From the NCBI RefSeq assembly GCF_016432865.1, contig NC_067400.1, forward strand, positions 13,206,001 to 13,270,000: a stretch of 64,000 nucleotides of DNA. Reading direction: 5' to 3'. Positions within the stretch are counted from its first letter, which is position 1. Each line of letters starts with the position of its first letter. This DNA is from Antechinus flavipes. Its lineage: Eukaryota. Under the pieces are notes generated by a model. That model saw nothing but the letters and a program-made list of their open reading frames with translations, had not been told where the DNA came from and did not search any database. Below, in pieces: positions 51,751-64,000 of this stretch. Made by a program: the position numbers and the translations under genes.

Positions 51751-54149
51751 TTATGCTCTCAAGTTTGAATTTAACTTATGATTATTTTTCTCCCTCAAAG
51801 CTGCCATTTGCTATTTTTTCCAAAGTGATATCAAGGCTATCTTCTTGACTGATTTTAACTTCTGAAATGTGAAATGCTGATACCATTGACTGTGCCACTT
51901 TTTTGTTGTGTTACTACTTACAGGCTCTCCAATGATCAATTTCTAATATGAATTGATTGCCCATCGAAATTAACTTATTAGATAGACGTCCCAATACAAG
52001 AAGGTGGTGACATATCTTTGGAAAAATATCCCATAAACTGAAGGTTAAGTCAAGTCAGCTAGTTTGTGAATCAGATTCACAGCCATAACCACTTAGTTGA
52101 AATGAATTTCTCTCACATAAGATCTATCTTATAAAAAATACTTTACTTTCTTCTCCTTCCAGTATATTCACATGGCAATTATATCATGTCATAGTGCCAT
52201 TTGACTTATTGCAAATAAATTCTATATGAAGATTATCCTAGAGAGGCCTTTGAGAAGACTGACTGAGATAGGAGAGAGGGGCAACATTTGCCCTGAATTT
52301 TTATATGTCCACACAATCATTTCTCTCTCTACTACTAATTAGATATCAACTTTAAGTAGACATAAAGAGATGATTTTCTTTCCAGTAACATTTGGTCTAT
52401 TTGAATAACTTTCCAACTAAAACTATATGCATTGAAGCTGATTGATGCCTAAACTAAAGAGAGATATTGCTTAACATTATAAAAACATATACCAGCAGGA
52501 ACAAGATCAATGTTTTATTAAAAAAACAAATAAAAGAAAATATGCTTTTGGGAATTCATAATAATAATTCATATGCAGCAATGTTCCTGATTAGGTTACT
52601 GTTCTATGACATAATACTATGCTGAAACTAAACATGAAATGTGAGAAACTCCATAATAATTTTTTCTACTATAACAGTCAATGAACAATTGCCAAATATT
52701 TTGAAATGATTCATTTAATGCAATTACATTATCCCCCCCCCCAAATCCATCTAAAGTGATGAAAAATAATTATTATGATTTCCTGCTCAAATTTCAGTGA
52801 GTCTCCATTTTTTTCCTTGAATATAACAGAACTGATAAAACAACCCAAAGACTGAATCCATGCTAAATTCATCTTTGTTACCACATAAGTTAACTTTTCA
52901 TTTGTATTTTAAAAGAATGAATAAGAAGAATCTTTTTTTTTGTAGCAAAGTATACATAAATATGAAAATGAAATTGGGTGATTTTTTTGGTTGTACTCCA
53001 TTCTATTGTGGTTAACATGCAACATGCTGCTTAATAAATATATGTTGCTTGAAATTGATGTAATGGAAAGAAAAATAAGCTCAGGGCTAGGAAACCTGGG
53101 TTCAAGAAAAAGCTCAACTACTTACTATTTGTATTTCTAATTTCCTCTTGGACACTCCAAACTGTATGTCCCATAGACATCTTAAATTCAACATTGTACA
53201 AAACTGAAGTTTTTAATCTGTCTTCCAAAGAATTTTGATTTAAATTCACTTCCCTTAGACAACAACTTAGAGTCCTTGTGACAGTTTCGTGCAGATTCAA
53301 CTAACTATACTGATCAATCTTTTGTTTTGAAAATTTGCCTTTTTTAACTGATTTATTTACAACTTATTTTTCTTACCAACTTGTTTTATTTTTCCTTCCC
53401 CTGAATTTTTATTCACAAATTTAATTCTTTGGTCCCTTTCTAACTTCAGTCTAAATTTTTCCCCTTAATATCAGCTTATTCATTTTTGGCTTGACTTTAA
53501 GTCTTCCAAATATCTCCTACCCCAAATTTCATTTCTGACTTCCCTCACAAATCAACATTGTTCAAAACTTTCTCCTTCTCTGAGTTTAGTCTTTGTTTTC
53601 TTTCCAGCTCTTTCCCCTCAAAGCTTCTCTCACAGACACTATCAGTACAAATTCAACCAGGAGGTTTTTTTCCTCCTATACTTTTCCCTTGATTTTCCCA
53701 AAGTTTCCCCTGACTTAATTCCATTTTTGACCTTTCTTATGAATCTAGATTTCTTCATATAAGTTCACAGTTTCCTTCTTATTCTATTCAAGACTTCTCT
53801 TGCTACTTCATGTCTTCTCCCATGAAAGTAGGAAGCAGAAAGATGAATATACATGGATGAGAAATATATATACACACACACATATACATGTATACATACA
53901 TATATAACGTATATGCAACATCAGAGAGGGAAAGAATAGTAACAATAGGAAAAGAGTAGTTGAGTCATGAAAGAACTCATTTAGAAGGTGGCACTAATGC
54001 TATGTCTTGAAGGAAATTAGGGGTTTGAGAAGCAGAGGAGATGGATTTCAAAGATGGTGAATTGTCCATGCAAAGACCAGGAGGGGAAGACATATATCAA
54101 ATTGACATAGAGAATGGCTGACTATGCAATTAGGCTGGGAAAGAAATTG

Positions 54150-55130
54150 CATGACCAAATGCATAATATTGCATCTGTTTCTAGAAATGACTAATGTGGG
54201 AATTTGTTTTGTAGGACTACACATATTTCGTATCATGGTTTTTCTTTTTTTTAAATTAATTTTGATATAAGTGGGAGTTAGAGATAATAAATATGTATAA
54301 AAAAACAAAAATAAATTGAGAGATTTCCAAACACTCTTAATGAAAAAGTACAAATTAATGAATACGTATTCTCTTGTAAACATATTTTTGATTAATATTT
54401 TACTGTGTGAAATTCATTTTGAATGATTGTTTTTGTTTCCCAGTAATCTTTATGTTTTCACGATCTTTGAAACATTCCCTTTGAAACACCGTGGGCTCTA
54501 ATGCTGAAATATTTTGTAAATCATTCTGTTTTAATACAATTAAGCCTTATTGGAATCTTTTAGTTTCCTTTTTGCTAGAGGACATCTTTTTTTAAAAGCT
54601 TTATATTTTCAAAACTATGCATAGATAGTTTTTAACATTCACCTTTGCAAAACCTTGTGCTCCATTTTTTTTCCTTTCCTTTCTTCCTCCTCCCTAGGCA
54701 AGCAATCTAATGTTAAATTATTAAATGTATGCAATTCTTCTATACACATTTCCACAATTATCATGGTGCACAAGAAAAATCAGATCAAAAAGAAAAAAAT
54801 GAGAAAGAAAACAAAATTCAAGCAAACAACAACAAAAATGTGAAAATACTACATTGTGACCAAAATTGAGTGTCCATAGTCCCCTTCCTGGGTGCAGATG
54901 GCTCTCTCCATCCCAAGTCCATTGAACCTGGCCTGAATCACTTTGCTGTTGAAAAAAACTATGTCCATCAGAATTGATCATTATAAAATATTTTTATTAT
55001 TGTATGTAATTTTTTCTTGGTTCTATTCAGTTCACTAGTTCATGTAAGTCTCTCCAGGACTTTCTGAAATCATCCTGCTGATCATTTCTTATGGGACAAT
55101 AATATTCCATAACATTCATATACTATCACT
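54150..55130. mobile_element. Old L1 3' end (+, 54150-54330) and younger L1 3' end (-, 54590-55130)
   Basis: 'ttgcatgaccaaatgcataatattgc...gtaggactacacat', then 'aaaagctttatattttcaaaactatgc...cctgggtgcagatggc'. Confidence 0.75.
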
Positions 55131-57529
55131 TTCTAATCAAGCTCCTGAAGATCACTGGGACTAGAGGTGGAAAAAAAAGAGCTCTTGTTTTCTCCTTGCC
55201 CCATGTCCAGTAAAAAAGCAAAAAAACAAAAAACAAAAATCCCAAAACAAAACTTGTATACTTTAAAGGGACCAATAGATTTGAATTTCTTATCATCACC
55301 ACAGCACCTTTCCTAGGAGATCAGTGACTGGTGGCTAAGTCTGCCTTGGTAACTGAGGATAAATGATAAACAAAATGATAAAATGAGGACAAAGATTCAG
55401 ACTCTACAAGCAATCCAGAAGAACATTACACTATTCCAATAAGGGATTTCAGGGGCAATTTCTGGAAAAAAGGAAATATTTCCAGAAAGAAAGATTTTTA
55501 GGATCTTTGCCATACATTCTCTTTAAAGTCGAGACCACTTTCCATTGTTTTCTGTATCTTTATGTGAAAGTGTGTGCACCTAGGATGTTTTGTATCAATT
55601 ATACTTAATACCATCTTAGTTAAACTTACTAAAAGCTAATTCATTTTGACTGGTCAATTGATAGCAGCTGATAAGTGTTGAGGGAAGCATAATAAAGATG
55701 TATAAAACATACTTCTCACAACTCTGTGAGTTATGTCTCCTATTATCTTTGTTTTACAATTAAGATAGCTAAGGCCAAGGCAAATTACATGATTTCCTAT
55801 AGTTGGGAAGAATTTAAACTAAGGACTCCCTTCAAAGTCCAGTTTAGGGACAGTCTCCGATATAAACTTTCCCTTATCTTCCCACTTTTTAGTGCTAAAA
55901 AATAGAGCTGAAAAGAACTTGAAAGATCTGCTTCCTGTTCCATCCCCCCATTAATGATGATGAAATTGAGATTTAGGGAGATTAAACCACCTGTCACATA
56001 GATATTAAGCATCATAAACAGAACTGAACTCATGTCCCATTAATCATTCCATTTAAAAATCTTCCCCTAATCTATTATCATAGACATACTTACCTTTATA
56101 AATGCTGCTTCATTCTAGTAGAATACAAGTTCCTTGAGGGCATGATCTCCTCCTACCCCACACTTTCTTCCATTTTATCTCTGGATCATCATTGCTTAGC
56201 ATAGTATCTTACACATAAAAAGTATCTAAGAAATGCTTTTTGGATTGGTGTCACTAATATATTATAGCCACAATGATATTTCTATATAGAAATATAACCA
56301 CAGTATTTAATATTATAGCATTGTAACCCTAGCTCAAATATTTGTGGTTATAGTAGTCAAATGATGCCAAAAATTTTGTTGCTGATGAGAAGTTTATGAA
56401 ATTTAATGGTATCTACAGTATATTGAAAAAAGGAATAAAGCTCTTTTGAAAATATTTCAGAAAGGAAAAATGTATGAGAAACTTTTAATTGCAAAACTAT
56501 GCTGCTAAGAACATGTCAGGGAGGAAATCCTTCATCACCATTCTGGCATATAATCACCCTAAATTGTTCCATACTCAATTCAGAGAACTCTTACTTGAAC
56601 AATGATGCTTAAATTTCCATGACTATTATACTTGCAAATATCAATTTGAGGCAACAGTCTATGAATCTCATGGATGAGAAGTCACTATATGATATCTCAC
56701 TTAACATTAACAATAAACTCTGGTACTTGCCAATTTTATCATTCCCAACAATAAGAAAAGCAAATGAGTTTCTTAAATTTATTATTTCAAAGTATAATTT
56801 TAATGTAATTTTACAATGGATAATCAAAGAAGTCATATGCCTGAAAATAAAGGGAAAACACTCTAGCAATTATTAAAATACAGATGGACAAATTTAGCTC
56901 TTTCCATTTCATGAAAGGATGTGGTGTTAATGTGTATTTCACTTTTCAAGTCAACTTTCTGGTTAAGAATATTGTGGTTTAAATCTACAATGGACCAGAC
57001 AACAAGGAGGCGTACTTGTTTCAAAGTGATTTTATTCCAACAAAACATCACAGGAAAGCCAAAAATGGCTCTGGATGAAAAAAAATTATAACCTGTATTC
57101 TAGAAATCGAAGTTTTATATTAAAGTGAAAAAAGAAATAAATATCTGGTAAATATGAACAATAATGAGAGAAACAAGTGAACAATGTGAGATTTAGAATA
57201 AAGTGTTTTCTATAAATAGTTTCATAATAACAGGGAAATGTACTTCAAACATTTCTGTAATTGTTGATTTTAATATTATTAAGATGCAAGTAGAATCACA
57301 TAGAATCATTTTTAAATGAATTTCCAAATTATATTTCTATACAAGTTTATATTACCTGTTATTTACTTGGGGAAATGGAGGTGCTGAGTTTTGAGACTAC
57401 AAGAGTGAACAATAATAAAATCTTATCTCTCAATATTGTATTGTATTCTAAGTACTCAGAGGACATTGGGATATAAGGGTCTTAGCAATTCACCTTACAT
57501 GATCTTGAGGTCATTTTTGAATATAATTT

Positions 57530-57860
57530 CTCATCTCATTAAGTATTTCCAGATTGCATGTAAATTTTTATACAATGTTTTAAAATTTTGGGTTCCCCAT
57601 TTTTCCCTTCCTGCTTCTCCTCTACCTCTTGAGAAAGTAAGCAAAATGATACCAAATATATATGTGGAATCACACAAAACATATTTCTATATTAGCCATG
57701 TTGCAAAATAAAACATACTCACACGAACAAGAAAAATAAAATTTAAAAATCATACTTCAATCTGTACTAAGTTCATTAATTTCCTCTCTAGAGGTAGATA
57801 GAATTCTTTATCATGAGTCCTTTGGAAATGTCTTAAATCATTGCTTTGATCAGAGTTGCT
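57530..57860 (-). mobile_element. Old L1 3' end fragment
   Basis: 'acaatgttttaaaattttgggttcccc...ttctatattagccatgttgcaaaa...tcatgagtcctttggaa'. Confidence 0.75.
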
Positions 57861-59059
57861 AACTTTCTCAAATGATCAACATGATCATATATTTAAAGGG
57901 GAAAGTCAATTTAGAGGACATCACTTTACAGATGATCTCAGGGCAACAAAAAAGACTTCCAAACATTGTTACTCCCTTTGTCACATTTGCTTTATAGACT
58001 CGAACCCACTTGTTCCCAAAGCGTGTATAAGTGAAAGAATATTTCTGGATCATAACAGCTAACAAATGCCTGAGTCCTTATCTGGAGACTAGTCTTCCGG
58101 ATTCCAAAGCCTTTCCTCTGTCCATGGTACTACTACATGACAGTCCTTTTAAGACTAATGTAACCTCAAGCACACCAGTATAAGGGCAATTATTCTAAAA
58201 TTCAGACATTCATTAAATCCCCAAGCTCCTTAGAAGATAATATTTGAAGACTTGCTCGTTATGAGGAATTTAATATCAGGTTTCATAAAAGCATCACCCA
58301 TCTTCTAGTGTTCTTGAGACTTTGTAAATTGTAAAGCATTTTGTGAATGTTGGATTAACCTGGACCTCTGGTTTTATGGTTAGAAATTTCTTCCACTGAG
58401 ATAGTCTGACAACTTATCTGCAGATTGTAGTTTTGGAAAATTCTAAGGGCCACTCAATGACCATTTGACTTCTCCAGAGAGTCAATAAGTATTTATGAAG
58501 TGTTTACAATATGTCAAGCACTGGGAATACAAAAAAAAGCCAAAAAAAAATGATTCCTGTCCACAGATATCTCACCATCTAATGAAGGAGACAAATGTAT
58601 CAGAGTCTGGAACACTGGACATTACAGGTTATTGTTATTATCTCCCTCTCTGGGCTCTCTGATTTTTCAACTGAGGCTCTCCTTTTTGCTTGCTTCTTTG
58701 TGACATAACATTCTCTGCACTCTGACTTGGGCTGTCATTGAACAAGCCTCCTTCTCTCTCTTGTATAATTGCTCTTCCTATATTTTGACTTAACTTGTCT
58801 TAAATGTGCCTATCACAGCCTCCCAAATGTTGGATCCCCCACCCCCTAGCATTTCTGAATTAGCCCAAGTTTTCATTTTTACTTCTGTTTTCTAGAAAAG
58901 TTAGGTGCTGTTTTTTCTCTTGCCACCTACATCCCTACTCCTCTGCCTTGGAGGAGAAGTAGTTAGTCACACTCAAGGAATTCTCTTACCTGTCTGTTTT
59001 GCCCTCCTTTCTTCCACTTCCTATGTTAGAAAATTTGGAAAGTGGTATTGTATAGTGGA

Positions 59060-60110
59060 TACAGCACGACTTCCTCAACCCACCTTCCCATTATCTCTCC
59101 CATGTCTACTTTATTCCTTTCCTTCAATCACCACACTAGTTTAGGTCTTCCTCATCTCACGTGTAAACTACTAAAATTGCCATCTAATTTGTTTTTCTGC
59201 CTCTAGCTTCTCTTCACTCAGCTGCCAATTGAGTTTTCTAAGGTGCAGTTCTATCTTAATCCATTATTTGTTTTTTTGTAATAGCTTTTTTATTTTTCAA
59301 AATACATGCAAATATAATTTTCAACATTCACCCTTGAAAACCTTGTACTCCATATTTTTCCTCCTCCCCTAGAGTAAGGGATCCAATATAGGTTAAGCAT
59401 GTGCAATAATTCTAAAAATATTTCCAAATTTATCATGCTGCACAAGAAAAACTAGATCAAAAAGGAAAAAAGAGAGGAAAAAAACAAGCAAGCAAGCAAC
59501 AACAACAAACATGAAAATACTATGTTGTGATCCACATTAAGTCTACATGGCTCTCTTTTTGAATGCAGATGGCTCTCACCTCAAAAAAGTCTATTGGAAC
59601 TGGTCTGAATTAACTCATTTTTTAAAAGAGTCAAGTCCCTCACAATTGATCATCACATAATCTTGTTGTTGCTGTGTACAATGTTCTTTTGGTTCTACTA
59701 ACTTCACTTAGCATCAGTTCATATAAGTCTCTCCAGATCTTTTTGAATCATTCTGAAGATCTTTTCCCATAGAGCAATAATATTACATTACATTCATATG
59801 CCATAATTTATTCAGCCATTTCCCAATTGATAGGCATATGCTCAGTTTCCAGTTTCTTGCCACTACAAAAAGAGTTGCTACAAACATTTTTGCACACGTG
59901 CAACTCATTAGTTGTTAAACTCTATTGGTTCCCTATGGCCTCCAGTATCAAATGTAAAATCCTTTCTTTTACACTTAAAGTTCTTCACAATCTGGCCCCT
60001 TCCAGTTATCTTAGCACTTCCAGTTAGCATTTCCAGTTATCTTACACTTTACTCTCCTAAATGCTCTTGATGTTTAAGCTGCCCTAGTCTGAATGCTGTT
60101 CCTCTCACAC
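59060..60110. mobile_element. L2 3' region (+) interrupted by an L1 3' end (-, 59265-59900)
   Basis: L2 motifs 'caccacactagtttaggtc...cagctgccaa' and 'tccctatggcctccagtatcaaatgtaaaatcc' flank a typical antisense L1 3'UTR. Confidence 0.75.
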
Positions 60111-61220
60111 AACACAAACACAGTGCCTATACGATAGAGGACCTGGTATTGGGAAGACTTGATTTCCAATGAGCTGTCTCTCATTAGCACAAAGAATACT
60201 GGCTTTGGATTTGGATGGTTAAATCTTCATTTCTGTTACTTGTTAATTCAATGAGGTTTATGCTCCTTTCTGTGCTTCCATTTCCTCAGGTAAATTGGGA
60301 TATTGAGTTAGATGATCCTATGAAAAACTTCCCAGTCCTCTCCTTGACTTTGAGCTGTTTTAGTACCTTCTTTTAGATTTGAGGATAATTTACAACTCCA
60401 ATTATTTCTATTTTCTTTCCACTTATGTTCTCCTTTGATGCTTTTTTGTTGGTGGGAGTGATGCTAAGCTTTCCAACATTAGATTAAACAAACATAAACC
60501 AAAGAGTTGCAAAGGAGAGTACTATCAAGGCAAAAGAACTTTGAGTATTGACAACTGGACCATGTGTGTGTGGACAGAGAACCATTCAAATTCAAGTTCA
60601 TCACAAGGTTGGATGGAGAGTCATGACTTTATGTGTAAGCAGTTATTGAAGACTAAGTTATTCAGGGAAATGGCACATGTAATGGTGGAAGATATACTCA
60701 TTGTTATAAAATCACAAATTCTGGAAGTCTTGAGATGTCTATTTTCAAACTTGTTTAAATGGCAATTTTGTGAAAATTCCATATCTGGCATGTTTAGGTA
60801 GGACCCAGAGTCACTGGGTAATTTCTCCTTCCTCTTGTGTCTTCTTGATAAAGTATGTATTCTGAAACAAGGTTTAAATTGATATTATTCTTTGCCCTTT
60901 ACCACCTGATAAATAATCATTACAAAATGTTTAAGTTTTCAAAGTATTTTACATTCTTATCTTAAACACAGTGCTTGGAACATGATAGATACTTAATACT
61001 CTTTTTGATTTGACTTAAATTGATATTTACAGTAATACTGTAAGGTAAGTGCTACGATCCTTATTTAGAGATGGGGAAATTGAGTCTGGAGGAAGTTATT
61101 TTTTTAGTGTTGCACAACTACTGAGTGACTAAGGCAATATTCAAACCATCTCTCCCTGATTTCAAGGCCATCATTCTATCTATCACTCTTTCGTTCTGGC
61201 TCCAACTCAAGCACCACACA

Positions 61221-61278
<58 letters not shown>

Positions 61279-62493
61279 AAATAGGGAGGTCCTATGTATG
61301 TATCCTTGAAATCTCTTATGGCTGCCTGAACATATAGAACTATAAAGGAACTCAACTGAATTAGAGATCTAGAAGGAGCAAAATTAAGAGAGATTTTACT
61401 GAGTGAAAGGCCCCTAGAAGTTTCAATGAGATCCTTTTAAGGAAGAACAGAAAGAAAGAAGGATGCAGGCAAAGTGAGAAATAAACAGTGAGGAAAGGGC
61501 ACAGAAATACCAGGCTACACTTGAACATGGAGAGAGACCTGTACATCCATTGGCCTATAAAAATATCCATGCACACCTAGGAGCTCTCACCAGATGGAGA
61601 TGTGGGAGGAGAGGCTGAAACACTGACAGATGGAACTGTGAAGGGGAAGAAGATAGAGCTTCAGATATTGTAAGCCATGTGGACTACATAGGTACCTAAG
61701 GAAGATGAGACCTATCAGAGATAAAGATTGCTTGTAGCCCTAGAAATTCTGGATTCTGTTTCTTTTCTGGGAGACCACACTCGGGTTCTTTGGAAGGTAG
61801 AGATCCATGTGTTGGAATGGAACTTCCTGACTTTCTAGCAAATTCAGGCTCTTTACCCAAGTTTAGGAAATGTGTCAAACACAGCCAGGGAAAGACTGCA
61901 ACTGTATGGAAACATCAATTGAGATGGAAGGGCAATTAACTGAATGTTCATGGACTTGGATATGAATATTTTTATATCATTTAAAAAATGTTTTCTATGT
62001 TTTGTAAGCCCAAGTGCATGCATGGGACCCTCAGTGAAACTTGAATCAAATTCTAGTATTCCCAGGAGAAATTCCCAGACATGGGAAGGAAAAAGGGGAC
62101 TTAGAGAAATGTTCTTAACCTTGTAATCTCATAATTTCAGTACTAAGGACATGATTTTTGTTTAAATGTTGAAATAAATAGAGCATTATCACTAAATGAT
62201 TGCAATTATCGACCTATAACCATTCTTTTTCTCCTAAACATAAGAAGGATTCTAGTCAAGGGATTTCTGACCCCAAGAGAAAATGAGAACACATTTTATT
62301 CCCAGGCCTAGATCTGAGTGAAATAATGACCAGATCATCAACTGGAAATGCTTACTCAGAAGTGATCATGTTCATTCTACCAAGTGAGGTTGCTTAGCAA
62401 TCTAACCTTTGGTTGGCTATGACTTCTCCCCAAGTGACCTCAGTTCTATTTTAGCTGCTACTTTCTTAATGAGCTGTACTGGCTCAGGTCAAA

Positions 62494-62537
<44 letters not shown>

Positions 62538-63049
62538 AATGCAGTTTTTTTGCATTTGACTTTTTAAAAAAATCATTAATAACTTAATGTGGACCATTTC
62601 TGGAGGCTAGAGAGTCCTTTTTATTTGATCACTGTGCAGAATATTAATTACTTTCACTCTTTTAAGTACTGGATCCTACTGATCCTGGAAGGACCACATA
62701 GGAGAAGAAAGGGAGAATAGATCAAGTCTAGCAAACAATATTATTTCTCTCATCCCATCAAAACAGCCCTCCAGAAACAATAAACCAAGACAAATGTCTC
62801 AAACGCACACCATGGCAGGCTGCTCCTGACTTGCAGCTCTTTGCCCACCTTTTTTCCTTACATGATATGCCTATCTGGGAAAAGTACTATAATTATTTAT
62901 TGAACTAAATATAGCTTTTTTAGCCCATGCTCCTCCTCCAACTTCCCAATTCGAAAGTCATTTAATTGTAACCCCCAGAATGACTCCTAATTTGACTGAA
63001 AGATCCCAATCAAAAGGGGGATTTCTATATCATATAAAGGCTGATCATG

Positions 63050-63885
63050 GTAACTTCTTTTTCTGTTTTAGTAAATAGTATTTCATTTTTTCCCCATTAC
63101 AACTAAAGATAGTTGTCAACATTTATTTTTGTAAGATTTTGAGTTCCAATTTTTTCTTTCTCTCTCCTTGTCACCTACCATTTCAAAGACAGCAAAAAAT
63201 CTGATATGGATTAAACTTGTGTATTCATGTAAATATATTTCTGCATTAGTCATGTGAAAAGTAAAATGTTATAGTTCAATCTACTTTCAGACCCCATGGT
63301 TCTTTCTTTGGATGTTGATTAAATTTTCCATCCTGAATCCTTTATAGAATTGTCTTGGATCATTACATTGTGTTTCTCTTTCTCTAGTTTGGTCATAAAT
63401 TCTTCCCTTCTCCACAGGTCTGACAGGCAAATGTTAATTATGTCAATCATTGCATAATTTTGCTGATGCTGCTTATGATGTTCTCCTGGTTCTACTCTCT
63501 TCACTCAGAATTGGTTCATGTAAGTCTTCCAGATGTTGCTGAAATCTACTTTCATCATCATTTCTTATAGAACAATAGTATTCCATTACACTTATGCAAC
63601 ACAACTTGTTCAGCTATTCTCTAATTGATGGGTATTCTCTCAATTGGCCACCAAAAAAAGAAATGCTGAATATTATATTCCTTTTTATGATCTCCTTGAG
63701 ATAGTCTTAGTAGTAGTATTGTTGGATCAAAGGGTACACATAGTTTGATTACCTTTGAACATGGTTCCAATTTTTTCTTTAGAATGGTAGGATAACTCCA
63801 CAACTTTACCAACAAGCTTTGTGTCCCAATTTTCCCACCTCTTCACCAACATTTGTCATTTTCCTTTTACATCATATTAGCCTAT
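63050..63885 (-). mobile_element. L1 3' region (3'UTR + ORF2 C-terminus)
   Basis: 'gtagtattgttggatcaaagggtacacatagtttgatt...gttccaa'; ORF 63621..63815 resembles L1 ORF2 (KVIKLCVPFDPTILLL). Confidence 0.85.
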
Positions 63886-63960
63886 TGTGATATGGGAGCC
63901 ACCTGCCAGTGGCTGCTGGAGGTCTAACTCAGACCTGTAGAATGGATCTCTTCATGTGAG

Positions 63961-64000
<40 letters not shown>
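63886..64000. mobile_element. Probable ERV LTR terminus with (GAT)n expansion, truncated by window end
   Basis: L1 homology stops at 'catattagcctat' and switches to GC-richer 'tgtgatatgggagccacctgccagtggctgctggagg', starting with TG; resembles a dasyurid LTR family (recall only). Confidence 0.55.

Noticed and set aside
56880-57080. Peptide fragment NIVV*IYNGPDNKEAY reminiscent of a CUB domain
   Set aside because: In-frame stop, wrong cysteine spacing and no convincing donor site.
61540-61565. ATTGG next to TATAAAA, suggesting a promoter or LTR
   Set aside because: The 2-nt spacing does not fit CCAAT/TATA architecture, and no TG...CA ends or TSD were found.
1-64000. CRISPR arrays, tRNA/rRNA genes, prokaryotic systems
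   Set aside because: Mammalian DNA with no regularly interspaced repeats; tRNA-like sequence occurs only as decayed SINE heads.

Overview
This is AT-rich, CpG-poor, repeat-dense mammalian DNA from a marsupial. The inference rests on CORE-SINEs (MIR, MIR3, Mar-1 type), marsupial L1 3' ends, BovB-type RTE LINEs and a 7SL-derived element; the young L1 ends and LTRs suggest a dasyurid. I recognise no protein-coding gene, intact RNA gene or CRISPR array. The ORFs in the track are transposon remnants, antisense readings of them, or short chance frames. The window is intergenic DNA or a very large intron. Most informative structures: (1) a composite L1 insertion at 7512-8665 inside one target-site duplication, carrying 187 bp of non-L1 polyadenylated sequence (probable 3' transduction); (2) a 63-bp locally templated copy (5940-6002 from 5458-5520); (3) two BovB/RTE copies, one with an inverted 59-bp self-fragment; (4) an apparently young solo LTR with a perfect 6-bp TSD; (5) a full-length decayed 7SL copy; (6) repeat-free blocks with transcription-factor motif clusters and candidate exons. 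I found no new biological system that the sequence alone can support. Repeat family names are from recall of consensus sequences, not a database search, and most repeat boundaries are approximate.
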